Source of the DNA: Mobula hypostoma
Taxonomy: Eukaryota
Reading direction: 5' to 3'
NCBI RefSeq assembly: GCF_963921235.1
Contig: NC_086118.1
Coordinates: 13,580,001-13,644,000 of the forward strand
Length of the DNA: 64,000 bases
Below, piece after piece: positions 38,799 through 50,612 of the stretch. The notes under the pieces were generated by a model that saw only the letters and a program-made list of their open reading frames with translations, was not told the DNA's origin and searched no databases. Made by a program: the position numbers and the translations under genes. Position 1 is the stretch's first letter, and the number at the start of each line of letters is the position of its first letter.

Positions 38799-39587
38799 TG
38801 TTATAAGGATTTAGCCCTTAGTAATTATGATCAGAGAGGCACAGAGAAAATCTATGGTTTCCGGCAAATACCTTTATTGTCTTAGTGGAAGAATATATGA
38901 ATTTACACAACCGAACACCTATGTACACACTTACTAAGTTTTCCAGACCCTCCATGAGCAGTCAAAGAATAGAAAAGGTAATACCTGAAAAAGGAGTGTA
39001 TGCTGGCCATGTGTTCACTGTGGTCCCTACCTAATCTTCAAGTGTCTGTGGGGTGCTCCACATCCACAACGGTTGGTCTCTGGAGAGTTGTCGCTACTTT
39101 GTATTCAAAGCCTCTGCTTTAATACTCATTCCTTACCAGTCAACTGTTGCAATTCAGTGTCATTGGCTATGGGTCATCTGACTGACCTACAATACCTTCT
39201 TATTGGCTCTGGTCCAAGGGCTACAAAACTTCATGGTTTAGGTGACTGTTGCTCTCTTCAACTCTGGTTCAAACCAGTCAATCCAGGTCACTCAGACATT
39301 GGGCCAATATAACAAGATTACTTTTGCAAACCTGCCTTTGTACACAATGAACAGCTTGTCTGAGAATGATCTCAGGTTTTGCAGATCAATAGCAGAAATT
39401 CCTTGTGTCCACATTCAATTGCTCTGATTGTTTTATCCCAGACCAAAAATAGATACTCAAACAGTTCACAAGATGGAGGTTACAGAGCAACTTCAGAAAA
39501 TGGCAGCCTCCATTCCATTGACCTCATTGCAAAAACAAAGACAATTGATCTGCTCTTGATTCATTCAAATTCACTGATTGGCGAACA
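38799..39587 (-). mobile_element. Solo LTR related to the provirus LTRs, inserted in CR1 ORF1
   Basis: TGTT...AACA termini; shares ATGGAGGTTACAGAGC..CTTCA.AAAATGGCAGCCTCCA and TTTGTATTCAAAGCC with 41356-42186. Confidence 0.7.
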
Positions 39588-40469
39588 GTGCCAATATATA
39601 TAAATACTTCTGGCTGCTCACCCCACCCCTTCAGAATACCATGGATCCAACTCAAGACGTCTCTGACCCTGGCTCCTGGGAGGCAACATATCACCTGGTG
39701 TGTCTATCGCATCCACAGGATCTCATGTTTACTCCTCTCTCTATGGAATCTCCTATCCCTACTCCAGTCTTCTTCTTCCCCCTTTCTCTTCTGAGCCATA
39801 GTGACAGAATCAGAACCAGAGACTTGGTCACTGCAGCTTGTCCCTGGTAGGTCTTCCTCCCCCCACCCCCATACAACACTATCCAAAGCGGTATACTTAT
39901 TATTGAGGGGAGCAGTGATGGGGTATTCAGCACTGGCTTTTCATTTCCATTCCCTCTTCTGACAGTCAACTAGGACTCTTGCTTCCTGCAACATAGGGGT
40001 GAATACCTCCCTGCAGTTCCTAGCTATCACCTCCTCAGTTTCCCATGTGAGCAGAAGGTCATCGAGCTGCAGTTCCAGCTCCTTAGCACATTCTCTGAGG
40101 AGCTGCAGCTTGATGCATCTGGTGCAAATGCAGTTATCTAGGAGACTGGAGGTCTTCCAGAATTCCCACATCCCAAACAAAGTACACAACAAAGCACCTG
40201 GTGCCATCCTCACGGCTCTAGCTATGTACTAACAGACAAAGAACGAAGAATGAAGAAGAAACTTACCAGATACATACCTCATTCAAGCCTGTTCTTGCTG
40301 AGGCCTGATGAGCCAAAGCCACTCTACTTTAGGATTGGTCCATTCACACAATGTCCACTCTATTTGTACCTACCTTTTTTTATTTGCTCCTGCTATTTGA
40401 TTGGGCTGCCAGAAAATACTAAAATCCCACTAACATTCCTTATCAAAGACTTACTCATGAACCTGTGAG

Positions 40470-41269
40470 TTGTCTCCTCTCTTACTCCCGATTTGATTGA
40501 ACCACCACGGACACCGCTGGAGCATGTTGTGCTGAAGATTCTACCTCCTCTTGGGAAAGTCCAAAGGGAGGCAGGCCACTTCCCCAATCACCCTCACTAT
40601 TATAGTGTGTTGCTTCATACATTAACTCACCCAGATCTGTATCACCATTATCATTAGTCCTCAACTCAAATGCACGTATCATTGCTCGCCGAGCTGATAC
40701 TTAACTTTACAGCTTTTCAATCTGTTTCAAACACTCAGCGTGGTCGGCACTGCCCTTCTTCTCAGCGGCCAATTTCTGCTTGACATTCATAGCAGTCCAC
40801 TGACTTTTCCATTTCTCGACTTCCATGTTCACCTTTTCACACTCCTCTTCCCTTTTCTGCTTTTCTCTTGTCATGCATTTACAGTGAGTCTGAAACTGAC
40901 TCATGTGTATCACATTTGTCTGGCTCTGTTCCCTCAGCATTTTTATCTCTCTCTCTCTCCCCCCCCCCTCTCTCTCTTCCCAGAGATACACATTTCTCTG
41001 CTAGTTTCTTTTCAACTCTCTTCATTTCAGTTATATCCTTCAGCATCAATCCCATTATCACAGCTTTTCTAATCCCTTCTAATCCTTTGTAATTTCTTAG
41101 ATTTCTTTTCACTAACTGCTTTCTAAAATGTATCCTCAAGGGTCTCTGACCCTCCACTCTCTATCTTTCCTAGCAACTTCTCATTTATGGGTCATTTTCT
41201 TTGTATATAACTATGAATGTAATCTCTGCAATCCTCTGAACCCCCTGGGTTCTTCTATCCTTTTCCCAT
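40470..41269 (-). pseudogene. gag: gag N-terminal remnant with coiled-coil region
   Basis: ATG GGA at 41269 shortly after the PBS; EKQKREEECEKVNMEVEKWKSQW...SADHAECLKQIEKL. Confidence 0.6.
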
Positions 41270-41332
41270 TTTAATATCCTGACCTAAATCCAATTTGAAT
41301 GTAGGGTCCCAGATCTCTATCTTTCTTTTCAA

Positions 41333-41350
41333 GCCCACTCAGGGATGTCA
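41333..41350 (-). promoter_or_regulatory. Primer binding site complementary to tRNA-Asn
   Basis: TGACATCCCTGAGTGGGC versus TGGCGTCCCTGGGTGGGC (15/18), 5 nt after the LTR end CAACA. Confidence 0.7.
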
Positions 41351-42190
41351 AAATCTGTTGACTATCATCAACTGATTGATATTAGGTAATTCATTACACA
41401 ACTCTTAATTAATCAAATCTTGCACTTTATTTCCTCTGCAAAAATATCAACATAACTATGTTGACCCCAGCCAACAACGTAAAACATGATTTCTACTGTT
41501 CCCGCTGCTCACTGAGACCACTTCTCCAATTTATAACTCTGAAATTGGGGGTCTCACATTGGCCATATGATTGATCCTACTTATCCCAGTCTTCCTTCTG
41601 ATAGTTAGTCTGTAGAGTTCTCCCTCCTTTGTATTCAAAGCCCTTCATTCTTAGTACTCTTTCTGTATTAGTTCAAAGATTATGTTTCAATCTTGTTGGC
41701 TCAGGCCGATCTGGCTAACATGTGTTAGCTTCTCATTGACTCTGGTTTAAGCCAGTAACATTTTGTTGCCCTTCTCAGAAGTGACAACAACTGGTAATTA
41801 ATATTTCTTTGCTCTGAATCAGAGCAGACCAGACAGTTACTATGCTTTAGTTACCACAGATTCCTCTATTCAAAAACTTCCATGTTCCTTCTTATCAAAG
41901 AGTGCCTCACAAATTACTTCTTATTTGGAAATTATTTCTAGTTCAGCTGATTTTCAGGAGCATCATTGTTTCCATTTTAAAGCACTTTGATACACCTATT
42001 TCTGAGCAAAACAAATTCAAAATACAGCTTACAAAATGGAGGTTACAGAGCAGCTTCACAAAATGGCAGCCTCCATGTCTTCAACCACATGCAAGAACAA
42101 AGACAACTGATTTGTGTATTTCCACTGCCCTTGACTTATTTAAGTTCAATGTTTCCTTCCATATTTTAATTCCTTCCTGGCCATCAATTT

Positions 42191-42480
42191 AGATAGAGTG
42201 GATGTGGAGATGATGTTTCCTTTAGCAGAAGAGTTTCACAATAAAGGGACGTTCCTTTAAAACTGAGATGATGAGGAATTTCTTCAGCCAGAGTGGTGGT
42301 AAATCTGTGGAATTCATTGCCACAGAGGTTTAGTGGCGGCCAAGTTGTTAGCTTTATTTAAAGCAGAGATTGACAGGTTCTTAAATGGAAAAGGAGTTAA
42401 GGATTATGTGGAGGAGGCATGTGAATTGGGTTGAAAAAGTAATCAGGCCTGAATGAATGCTATGTTTTATGGACTTATAG
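42191..42480 (+). mobile_element. CR1 3' end fragment
   Basis: DRVDVEMMFP...RNFFSQ..VNLWNSLP. Confidence 0.75.
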
Positions 42481-43005
42481 TCTTTATTTCACATTGAGAA
42501 TATTATTGGAAATCTGCATGCCAATTAGATTGACACACCAAGTCATCTATTCCTGAGGTTCTCACAGTGAACTATTGTGAAGAGTCACTGAACAGCTGTG
42601 AGCCAAGTCATGGGTTCTAAGTTCATCAGTTTGGAGAACTAGTAATTCTAACTGATGAGAGAAGTCAGACAATAGAATAAATCTTTATTCATGCTTTTGT
42701 TTTCAGAGAGGAAAAGTTGTGTTCTGCTTGTAGGTAATTGTAAATGAGTCTTGTTGAAAAAGACAGAATCATATCATCATAATATAATGAGCATACATTT
42801 GTGTTCCCTTGCTGTTAGAATTAAAGGAAGTACACACATTTTTTTGAAGCTCCTTTGTACAGCAGATCCAAAGGACAAATCTAGATTCATTAATAGGTGT
42901 ACGTGATCATATGTGTATGTGTGCACGCACACACATGCAAAAGGAGGAAATGGTTTGAGATTACCAACTCTGTGGATGCAAAACAAATGCTCCAACATCT
43001 GACAG

Positions 43006-44066
43006 CGTCATGGTCCGATCCATGAAGTCCGCAGTCCGTTTCACAGTCTGGTCCATCGTTTCTTATTCCAGATTTTCCAGTTTTCCACAGTTTCTGTTGA
43101 GGCACCTGATTCTCATTTGGGCTGGACTGTTCCCTTCCCTTCCCTTCCCCTTCCTTTGGAAGCCTTTGCCTGAAGACTTGCCTGCAATCTCGCCTGCGTC
43201 CTTGCCTGAATCGCTGTCAAGTTCTACTACCGGAGCAAGACTGGAGCCTTGCTGTGTCTAGATAAGGAACTGTCTATCGTTGTTTGGAACTGTCTCTGTG
43301 TCCACGCCTTCGCTTGGTAGGTCCGGCCGTTTGCCGCTACCTTGTGTTAGGAACTGTCTTGACGTGTTCAGCATTCTGTGTATGAGTCCTGGCCCTACGT
43401 CCTGTTCGAAGGAGGGGTCCTGGCTCTGTGTACCATGTTCCTGTCTCTCAAGACCAAGTCTCCATGTTCCCATGCTCTAGACCAAGGCGTGGATGGTCCA
43501 GTCCTCATTCAAGGCTCTGAGCGTCCAGTCCTCATCTAAGGCTCCGAGTTTCCTGTCTCCTAAGACCATGGCTCTGTGTTTCAGTTCTCCCGAGACCAAG
43601 TCTCTGTGTTCCTGTGCTGTCAAAACCAAGTATCTGTGTTCCTGTGCTGCCAAGACCAAGTCTCTGAGTTCCTGCTCTGCCAAGACCAAGTCTCTGTGTT
43701 CCTGTTCTCCTAAAACCAAGTCAAGGCTTCGTGTTCTCACCCAGCCCAGGAGTACCTCGTCCTGCCCAGGAAAGCCTCAAAGAATCCATGCCACATTCAG
43801 TCCTATAGCCATGTCATGTTTCCGCTTAGTTCTGGAGTCTGAACCTGAGTCGAGACCCAGGTTCTGGTTCCTAGCCCAGTCTCTGGCTTGGAGTCCAAGC
43901 CCAGGCTCCTAGTTCCCAGTTCCTTGTCCTGGTCCCGCTTTTCTAGCCAAGTCCTAGCCCAAGTCTGTGTTCCTGTCCCAGCTCCTAGTCTGAGTCCTGT
44001 CCCGTTCCTTGTACTTCAGTGTCTGTGTCTTGCATTTGGGTCCACCATCAATGCCTGCTTATGACA
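43006..44066 (+). mobile_element. Solo LTR related to 17842-18970, with an internal 30-bp tandem array
   Basis: (C)GTCATGG...TGACA termini; GACAG/GATAG TSD; both ends align with 17842-18970. Confidence 0.8.
43560..43722 (+). repeat. About 5 copies of a 30-bp minisatellite inside the LTR
   Basis: Unit approx CAAGACCAAGTCTCTGTGTTCCTGTGCTGC. Confidence 0.85.
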
Positions 44067-44679
44067 GATAGAGTGCATACTGGTTGGGCAGAGGGTGTAA
44101 ATATTGGAAAGTATAAACCTGGAAAACTCTAGGCACCAACTAAAGAATTTCAGCTGCACGCAGTATGATGTGTTTAGTCTTCTGGGTCATTCTGAATTCC
44201 AGATCATGAGAACGGATGAAGCTTGAAGACTGGACTATTAGAGGAGGGCAAAGCTGAAACTCATCAATGGAGAGGAGGAGGAATGAAGTAATGACATACT
44301 AATAGAAAAAAGCATGTGACCCCGAGAATCTGCTTCACCATTCAGTGAATTCAGAGCTGACTTGATATTGGACACAGCTCCATTTTCCCGCTAGCTGCCT
44401 GTAATCCTAGATTTCCTTCTTGTCTGAAACAAGAATGGCAGAATGTCTGAGCCTGATGAAAAAACATGAAATACGCAAAACTCAGCTCAGGCATCAGAAG
44501 GCAAGCTCTAATGTAGAAGTCGCTTCCAACTTGAGAACCAGTGTAACAATTATCATATGTACTTTGAAACAGAATATGTGAGTTTGTATAGAATTCCTTT
44601 GTAATCTTAGCAAAGGAATAGAATTGTTTAACTAGATTAACTTCTGTTAAAGAGCAGATAAGGAATTTCCATAGACTCA

Positions 44680-44992
44680 TCGAGTAATACAGAACAGAAA
44701 ACCATCTTTCAGCCCAGCTGGCCCATGCTAATCTCTAAATCCTCCTTGCTACTCCCAGCTGCTCGCATTCAGCCCATAACCGTCAAAGTTCCTACCCACC
44801 ATGTACCTATCCAATTGTCTTGTAAAGTTTGCAGCTGTCCCCATCTCACCCATTTCCTCTGGCAGCCCATTCGCAACTCTCCATGTAGAGAAGATACCTC
44901 TCAGGCCTCTTTTAAATTCCTGCTCACTTAAGTTGTATTGATGCCCTTTTGTTTTGGACACTTTATCCGTACTTCATCCATATCCCTCATGA
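44680..44992 (-). mobile_element. CR1 3' end fragment
   Basis: ORF 44749-44961 SKTKGHQYNL..FSTWRVANGLPEEM. Confidence 0.7.
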
Positions 44993-45467
44993 TTTATAAA
45001 CCATTTCATATTAGAGCATTGGTTCATTAATATTCAATGATCCCAGTTTCAAGGGAATAATGATCTAATACGTACTGCTACCGAGTGAGTAGAAGCAGGA
45101 TAGGCATGACCAAACACAATAATAGATCCAGATCTTGCTCCATGATTTGCAAACAAATTAATGCCTTACAGGAATGATAATATATTCGTGTATTCACTCT
45201 CCTTCCCTTTCCTTTGGTAATGTATCCCAATGTTCATATACCCTAGTAGGTTTACTTTTTTAAAATTTTGTTGTGAAATCACAAATAAATTATGTTCCTT
45301 CTGGCATGAAATTTACCACTGAAGTAATTATACTGCCTAACAGAACTGCTTTCAATAGACTACAAGTGAGCATGGGGTTAAGAAATTGTTTGTCATCTGA
45401 CTCCTTTTTGAGCTGTACCCTATTATGAATATTATCCACAGGTGAATTTCAAAATGGTGAAGAGATA

Positions 45468-45810
45468 AGGTACAAAATTATGAGGGGTACAGATAGGGTA
45501 AATGCAAGCAGGCTTCTTTTTATACTGAGATGCGGTGGAACAACAACCGGAGGCCATGGGTTAAGGGTGAAAGGTAAAAAGTTTAAGGGAATTTTACTCA
45601 GAGAGTCATGAGAGTTTGGAATGAGCTACCAGTACAAGTGATGCATGTGAACTCAATTTCAACGTTTAAGAGAAGTTTGGACAGTACACATATGGAGGTC
45701 TATGGTCCTGGTGCAGGTCGATGGGAGTAGACAAATAAAATGGTTTGGCATGGACTTGATGGGCCGAAAGGCTTGTTTCTGAGCTGAACTTTTCTATAAT
45801 CTATGACTTT
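45468..45810 (+). mobile_element. CR1 3' end fragment
   Basis: YKIMRGTDRVNASRL...FTQRVMRVWNELP; 3' UTR gggccgaagggcttgtttct. Confidence 0.75.
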
Positions 45811-46597
45811 ACAGGTTCGATTGCTTGCACTACTTTCAGAGGGAGAGATGAAGAATTGCAATACATAAAATAAAGTCCAAGGTCCAGCGTGAGATATGTT
45901 CAAAACACTGAATAATGCCGATCTTTTGAGATGCGAAAATCTGATCAAGGTAAAACAAAATAATCTGTACAACAGAACTTTACTTGTGTTACCCTTTGCG
46001 ATTGAAAGAGCACAGGATTTGCAAGATCTAAGGCAGGAGTGCTACGCCTTAGCCATGTCTGACAGCTAAATGCATCCTTGCTTCTGATTCAGTTGAGCCC
46101 AGCACTATACAGCATCCTTTGAGCAATTCAAGGGTACAAATCCAGTAACTCCCTCTTTTCATATTGACCCTCACTTAATATGACATTTTCGTCAGCTTCT
46201 GTGAAGTCTGTTGTAACAAAATGCATTGCTTCATATGACACACGGATGCTATGTGCGTTTTCAATGTTGCATAGTGTAATTACATTATAATAGCTTTCAC
46301 ATCAAACACCCTCTCATTACAATCTCATCTGCATGCATAAATTTGAATGGAATAAGTGTATAAGCTAATGTAGGTGTTATGTTTTAGTCAGGTTTCCAAC
46401 ATACTTTCAGGTGATGAAGTTAATGACTTGCCTTAACTTCTTCAGATGCTTTACTGCCACAAAGCTTGACATGGATTGTTCATTATGCTGTGACTTTTCT
46501 ACACACAAGACACCAGCCACCATTTAGAATAGAAAGTCAAACCCTAGGGGATGTTGAACATTTTTAATAGTACAGCTATTCAAATTAATTGTAAAAA

Positions 46598-47185
46598 TGG
46601 TTGGTTGGCATCTGTCTGTCTCAAAGGACAAGGGGTGATGATCATCATCACAAGGCTGGGCGGAAGGTATGGAGGTCCTGAGATGCCCAGTCATCAAGAT
46701 TCCCCTTTCAGCCTCACCAGTGTAGTCCAAAGGAAAGCTTATGAAGCAATACGTTTGGCACCAGCTTGGCTGCAGGAGCTGCCGGAAGGATGTTCAATGA
46801 CGTCCAGCTGCCTTAGAGGCTCCACTCTGGATTTGCAGTCTGGGTTTACTCCCTCAGCCTTTGAATCTCCAGAGGCTGCTCACAAGGTGGTGGGGCTATT
46901 TACCCATAGTTGGGGATCTGGTTCATGAGCATCAGGGTGTGTCAATACACTGGTGGGTCTGCGTGCTACGTATGCAGGGGCCAGAACTCCTCCCCATCCT
47001 CTGTAGTTCAGCCGGATTCCGAAAGGAGTTTAGTTTCCATGTGTCACCAGCGAGGAGGCACTACATGAGGATTGCTAGGAAGCTATGTACTGGCAGAGAG
47101 AGATTTACAGATCCAGCTCTCCTTTTTGCAAGACTGTTCGCCAGCAGTGGAAGCTGAAAGTGAGAATGACAAGCACTACCCACTA
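46598..47185 (-). mobile_element. RTE-derived non-autonomous element (5' UTR-like part joined to a short 3' end)
   Basis: (CCAA)n tail on the minus strand resembling the RTE 3' end at 25905-25923; no coding remnant. Confidence 0.45.
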
Positions 47186-48189
47186 TTCTTATCACTCTAG
47201 ATGCATTACATCTATTTTGACACAACCAATTATATAATAATGTGATAAATTACTATTGTGCCCTATTATATATGCTTCATTTTATCGTCTTAGCCTAAAA
47301 CATGAATATAGCTGACAGTACTTATACTATACAGCATTTCCAATACATATTGATGCAATTAATAGTAGCCATGAATGATCATGAATTATCATGGTTAACA
47401 GAGGATCATGATGTCACATGATTAACATTATAATACGCATAAAGATATAAAGAGTCCATCTTATTTGCATTACACTAACAATAAACACCAGAACGGTCTG
47501 CTCTAGATCTCTCTAACTTAAGATATCTATCTGTCTAGTGCTGTCGGATTGCCCGAGATTTGAACATCACAGATCGCATATGAGGTGGTTGATTCTAAAG
47601 TGCCTTTCATTATAATAGTTATTTCTGTTTGCAAAGAATAAGTCAAAACCTTCTCCTTAAATCAAGATGGTAGAAGTTTGGAAGATTTATTTATTCAGGT
47701 CTCTGTAAAACTGAAACTTTGTGTGAAATTAAGAGTTATGGTTAATAATAACCTCTGGTGTGGTATTTTAATTTTACATTTAGTCAGTGACTAACTGATT
47801 AGTAAGAAATCAGATTGAGTTTGAAATGACTACCTTCTCTTTCAAGATAGTTTTACAACAATTCCCATGGGCAGAGATTACTGCAATTGCGTTTTTCCTT
47901 CATTCAATAATTTTGCAACCACTGAGTTAACGTGGCCTATGATGGTAAACTGCAAGTTGAAGTTAACATTACTTGAGTGTTAATTTCTCAGTCAGGTGGT
48001 CAATGGAATATGACTTAAGATAACGAAAAGAATGTAAAATATCAATGTCACCCACTTGTAACTGTTTATTATGTTTTCCATGTTTAGGTGAAGCTGAAAT
48101 CACTATGCTATTCTACTAACCCTCACCGTGCATTGTGTACATATCTAGGCAGGGAGTTACACCCTCTCATAAATCACCTAACCCAGAAA

Positions 48190-49790
48190 AAAATACACAA
48201 AGTGCTGGAGGAACACAGCAGGCCAGGCAGCATCAATGGAGGGCCTAGAGCAAGAAGGTGGGAGGAAGGGAAGATGAAGTAAAAAGTGGTAGGTGATAGG
48301 AGGGAGGAGGGTGAAGTAAAAAGCTGGGAAGCTGATAGGTGAAAGAGATAAAGGGTTGGAGAAGGGATAATTTGATAGGAGAGGGTAGAAGATCATGGAA
48401 GAAAAGGAAGCAAGAGAAGCACCAGAGGGAATTGATGGGCAGGTAAGGAGATGAGGTGAGAGTGGGAAACAGGAATGGGAATGGTAAAGTGGGGGCGGGG
48501 TGCAATTACCAGAAGTTCAAGAAATTGATGTTCATTCCATCTGGTTGGAGCTACCAGGCAGAATATAAGGCGTTGTTCCTCCAACCTGAGTGTGGTCCCA
48601 TCATGGTAGCAGAGGAGGCCATAGACTGACATATCGGAATGGAAATGGGAGGTAATATTAAGTAGGTGGCCACCAGAACACCCCGATTTTTCTTGTGGAC
48701 GGAGTGTAGGTGCTTGCAGAATCAGAACTCCCAATCTACATTGGGTCTCACTGACATACAAGAGGCCAAACGGGGAGCACCGGATACAGTATATGACCCT
48801 AAGAGACTCGAAGGTGAAGTGTTACTTCACCTGGAAGGACTGTTTGGGGCCCTGAGTGGTAGTGAAGGAGGAGGTTTAGGAGCAGTTGTGGCACTTATTC
48901 TACTTGCAAGGACAAGTACCAAGTGGGAGATCATTGGGAAGAGGAGAATGGACAAGGGAGTCGCATAGGGAGTGATCTCTGTAGAAAGTGGAAAGTGGGG
49001 GGTAGAGAAAGATGTGCTTGGTGATAGGATCCCGTTGGAGATGGTGGAAGTTGTGAAGGACACGGAGGCTACCAGGGAGGTAGGTGAGGATGAGAGGAAC
49101 CCTATCCCTGGTGGGGTGGGGGCAGACATGCACAAAATGGAAGAGATGCGAGTGAGGGCAGCATTGATAGCAGAGAAAGAAAAGTCCCTTTCTTTGAAGA
49201 AGGAGGACATCTCATTAGTTCTGGAATGAAAACCCTCATCCTGAGAACAGATGTGGCGAAGACAGAGGAACTGAGAGAAGGGGGTGGCATTTTTACCAGT
49301 TACGGGCTGGGGAAAGGTATAGTCCAGGTAGCTGTGAGAATCAGTAGGTTTGTAAAAGATATCAGTAGATAAGCTGTCTCCAGAAATGGAGACAGAAAGA
49401 TCGGGAAAGGAGTGGGAGGTGTTGGAAATGGACCAGGTAAATTGGAGGGTGGGGTGGAAGTTGGAGGCAAAGCTGATGAATTCGACACGTTCAGTATGGG
49501 TGCAGGAAGCAGCGCCAATGCAGGTGCTGTTGCAGAGTAGGAGAAGTTGGGGGGTGATACTGGGGGTGGCTCGGAACATAGACTGTTCCACGTAGCCAAC
49601 AAAAAGGCAGGCATAGGTGGGACCTATGCGAGTACCCAGGGTTTGGAGGAAGTGGGAGGAGAAGTTATTGAGAGTGAAGACCAGATCTGCCAGTCAAAGG
49701 AGAGTGGTAGTTGAGGGAAACAAGATGGGTCTGTTATCTAGAAAGGAACGAGAGAGCTTTAAGGCCTCCAAAAAGATGAGGAGATGTTTA
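48190..49790 (-). mobile_element. Penelope-like retroelement (RT plus GIY-YIG endonuclease), 5'-truncated and decayed
   Basis: GPTYACLFVGYVEQSMF; FHPTLQFTWSIS; STDIFYKPTDSHSYLDY; VIYCIRCSPFGLLYVSETQCRLG; pLTR at 48190-48245. Confidence 0.9.
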
Positions 49791-49879
49791 AGGCCCAATC
49801 CAGAAGCTTTCTTCAGGTTTTTAATGAGAAAACTTCTGAAAAAAAAGTGGATAACTATACTCGTTCTACTTCTGGTGTT

Positions 49880-50098
49880 CCCACAACCGATGGTCTCGCT
49901 TTAAAGACCCTTTATCTTGTTATTTCATGCTCATTATTTATTGCTATTTATTTATATCTGCACTTGCACAGCTTGTTGTCAATTAATCCTGTTTACAGTT
50001 ACTGTTCTATAGTTCTGCTAAGTATGCCTGCAGAATCTCAAGGTTGTATGTGGTGACATATATGTAGTTTGATAATAAATTTTACTTTGAACTTTGAA
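49880..50098 (+). mobile_element. Rex1-like LINE 3' UTR with (ACTTTGA)n tail
   Basis: gataataaattttactttgaactttga; UTR similar to 54840-55085. Confidence 0.6.
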
Positions 50099-50302
50099 AA
50101 TAAATATCAGATTCAATACAGAATTGCCACATGCCTGAATATACTGATGTTATTGCTTATTCTCATGTTCAGCATCAAACAAGATAATACACATGTGCAA
50201 TATCCTATACCAATGCCGTAGACTAGGGTGAACTGTGGCACTATGTTAATAGTGATGAACGATAAACATAATATTTCCTTCAAACTACATCTACTATCTC
50301 AC

Positions 50303-50612
50303 CAACACGAGAAAATCTTCAGATGCTGGAAATCCAAAGCAACGCACACTAAATGCTGGAGGAACTCAGCAGGTCAGGCAGCATCTATGGAAAAAGAGTA
50401 AACAGTCGATGTTTTGGTCTGAGACCCTTCTTCAGGACTGAAAAGAAAGGGGAGAAGTCAGAGTAGGAAACATTGAATAATGAATTGTCTCACTCTGACT
50501 TCTCCCCTTCCTTCCAGTCCTGAAGAAAATTCTCAGACCAAAACGTCAACTGTTTATTAATTTCCATAGATGCATCTGTCCTGCTGAGTTCATCCAGCAT
50601 TTCGTGTGTGCT
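50303..50612. mobile_element. Fold-back pair of Penelope pLTRs
   Basis: About 125-bp inverted arms (50339-50464 / 50492-50612) with a ~27-nt spacer; each arm has a mutated hammerhead core. Confidence 0.85.

Larger units (their letters stand above)
36652..40440 (-). mobile_element. Old CR1 LINE (5' UTR, ORF1 zinc finger and esterase, ORF2 truncated inside RT) nested in the provirus
   Basis: ORF 39941-40213 CICTRCIKLQLLRECAKELELQLDDL; VGIGDSIERG; GGGMALLLK; ends near VDFQ..FDKMPH. Confidence 0.85.
33651..42186 (-). mobile_element. Decayed endogenous retrovirus-like provirus, lokiretrovirus-like; env not retained
   Basis: Homologous LTRs 33651-~34340 and 41356-42186; ATTT flanking both ends; PBS; coiled-coil gag; RT, tether, RH and IN remnants. 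Confidence 0.7.

Noticed and set aside
43560..43722. 30-bp repeats resembling a CRISPR array
   Set aside because: Head-to-tail units without unique spacers, inside an LTR, in eukaryotic DNA; no cas genes
44340..44424. Strong minus-strand acceptor ttcttgtttcag
   Set aside because: All three downstream frames hit stops and there is no good donor
48190..48250. Hammerhead in the pLTR of the coding Penelope copy
   Set aside because: The segment that should hold the core is deleted in this copy
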